A stretch of 50,381 bases of DNA from Candidatus Babelota bacterium (GTDB taxonomy: Bacteria; Babelota; Babeliae; Babelales; GCA-2401785): positions 1 through 50,381 of the forward strand of contig VHBT01000005.1 of NCBI GenBank assembly GCA_016871815.1, given 5' to 3'. The translations under genes and the position numbers were made by a program. The notes under the pieces are model-generated. The model searched no databases and was not told the DNA's origin. It saw only the letters and a list, made by a program, of their open reading frames with translations. Below, in pieces: positions 49,504 to 50,381 of the stretch; position 1 is the first letter of the stretch; each line of letters opens with the position of its first letter.

Positions 49504-50381
49504 ATGAATAAAATATTTTCTGCTTTTTGGAAAAACAAATTGCAATACATGATATTTATGAGCTACACCCTCATACTACTATTTTTTTTGTATCTTCCGA
49601 AAATAAACTCGCTTATTTTTCCCGCTAAAGATGCGCTTAATGTTATTATTTTTCCCGAGATGATTTCGACTGAAATTTTACATGAATTTACAAAGAAAAC
49701 AGGGATCAAAATAAATGCAAAAAATATCGAAACTGACGCTGAAGCATGTATTTTGATGGCAGATGAAAGCACTCCGTACGATTTAGCACTTGTTTCGGAC
49801 TACCTTGTTCCTCAACTTATGCAAAAAAAGTTAATTACCACCATGAACAAAGAAGAGATCCATACGTACCCTCAATTGCATACTTTTTTTCAAAAAAAAG
49901 AATTCGTATTTAATTCTGTCCCGTATGCATGGAGTTTTTTTGGAATCGGAATTAATAAAGAAGTTGTAAGCGTTCCAACTCCTCTTTCTTGGAATTATTT
50001 ATTCCAACCACTTGAGATCAAAATTTGTGTTCCAGATGAACCCTTAACGCTTACCAGCCTTGGAGCACTTGGTTCTGGCATTAATTTACAAAAAATTGGC
50101 TCCGCTGAATTAACAAAAATTAAAACAGCTCTTGAAACACAAAAACAATTTGTAGAAATTTACACCGATACCAATATCGCGCTTCTTTTTCTCAACAACG
50201 TTGTCCCTCTTGCTTTTGCATCATACAAAACAATTCAAATGGCTCACCAATACAATCAAAATATTTCTTTCGTTGTTCCCCAAGAAGGGGGAATTGTCAT
50301 TTCAAACGATTGGGTTATGATTGCGAATAGCAAAAAACAAAGTCTTGCTAAAAAATTTATTAACTTTTGCCTTGATGAAAA
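49504..50381 (+). CDS. potD: Spermidine/putrescine-binding periplasmic protein, 3'-truncated by the window edge
   Basis: Not in the ORF track because no stop falls in the window. I translated frame 1 from ATG 49504 to 50381 without a stop. It has an N-terminal hydrophobic segment, YDLALVSDY, VPYAWSFFGIGINK, VVPQEGG and AKKFINF, collinear with PotD. Confidence 0.8.
   Translation, partial: MNKIFSAFWKNKLQYMIFMSYTLILLFFLYLPKINSLIFPAKDALNVIIFPEMISTEILHEFTKKTGIKINAKNIETDAEACILMADESTPYDLALVSDYLVPQLMQKKLITTMNKEEIHTYPQLHTFFQKKEFVFNSVPYAWSFFGIGINKEVVSVPTPLSWNYLFQPLEIKICVPDEPLTLTSLGALGSGINLQKIGSAELTKIKTALETQKQFVEIYTDTNIALLFLNNVVPLAFASYKTIQMAHQYNQNISFVVPQEGGIVISNDWVMIANSKKQSLAKKFINFCLDE

Noticed and set aside
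49563-49772. 69-aa minus-strand ORF
   Set aside because: It lies antisense within the potD-like ORF, which I translated without stops from 49504 to the window end.
1-50381. Mobile elements, prophage, integrases, toxin-antitoxin pairs, CRISPR-Cas and rRNA/tRNA genes
   Set aside because: I looked for transposase or integrase motifs, long inverted or direct repeats and GC-rich RNA-gene islands on both strands. Nothing was supportable beyond the single 77-nt element reported above.

Overview
Visibly AT-rich, tightly packed bacterial chromosomal window with about 45 protein genes. I can support no rRNA, tRNA, CRISPR array, transposase or integrase. The organism is a diderm (BamA/Omp85 present). 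Minimal housekeeping genes sit among many signal-peptide ORFans, a WD40-like protein and proline-rich proteins. This suggests a reduced, probably host-associated lineage, but that is inference only and no taxon can be assigned from the sequence. Recognisable genes: M48 peptidase pair, maf, dprA, gyrA, DEAD-box helicase, TrxR-Trx fusion, rsmG, trpS, mutY-like glycosylase, SDR, Mn-type sodA, atpI-like/atpB/fused c subunit, GT4 glycosyltransferase, acylphosphatase-like, bamA, potABCD (potD runs off the 3' edge). Main hunt results: (1) A single ORF encodes four tandem F-type c-subunit hairpins with the carboxylate Glu exactly every 80 aa; it sits in an F0-only fragment (I-like, a, c) wedged between sodA and a glycosyltransferase. 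(2) A 9.3-kb array of four co-oriented paralogous secreted repeat proteins (359/728/927/936 aa) is built from a ~250-aa super-repeat and has no room for an autotransporter barrel. (3) A TrxR / degenerate FAD domain / Trx fusion carries an N-terminal RR-containing export or anchor segment, and its start codon lies inside a 13-bp perfect inverted repeat. (4) A 917-924-aa exported multi-TM protein is translationally coupled to a 338-aa ORF. (5) Two tandem paralogous polytopic ORFans share near-identical signal peptides. (6) A tandem M48 peptidase pair has one catalytically dead copy. All functional calls rest on motifs read by eye from the translations; no database search was run.
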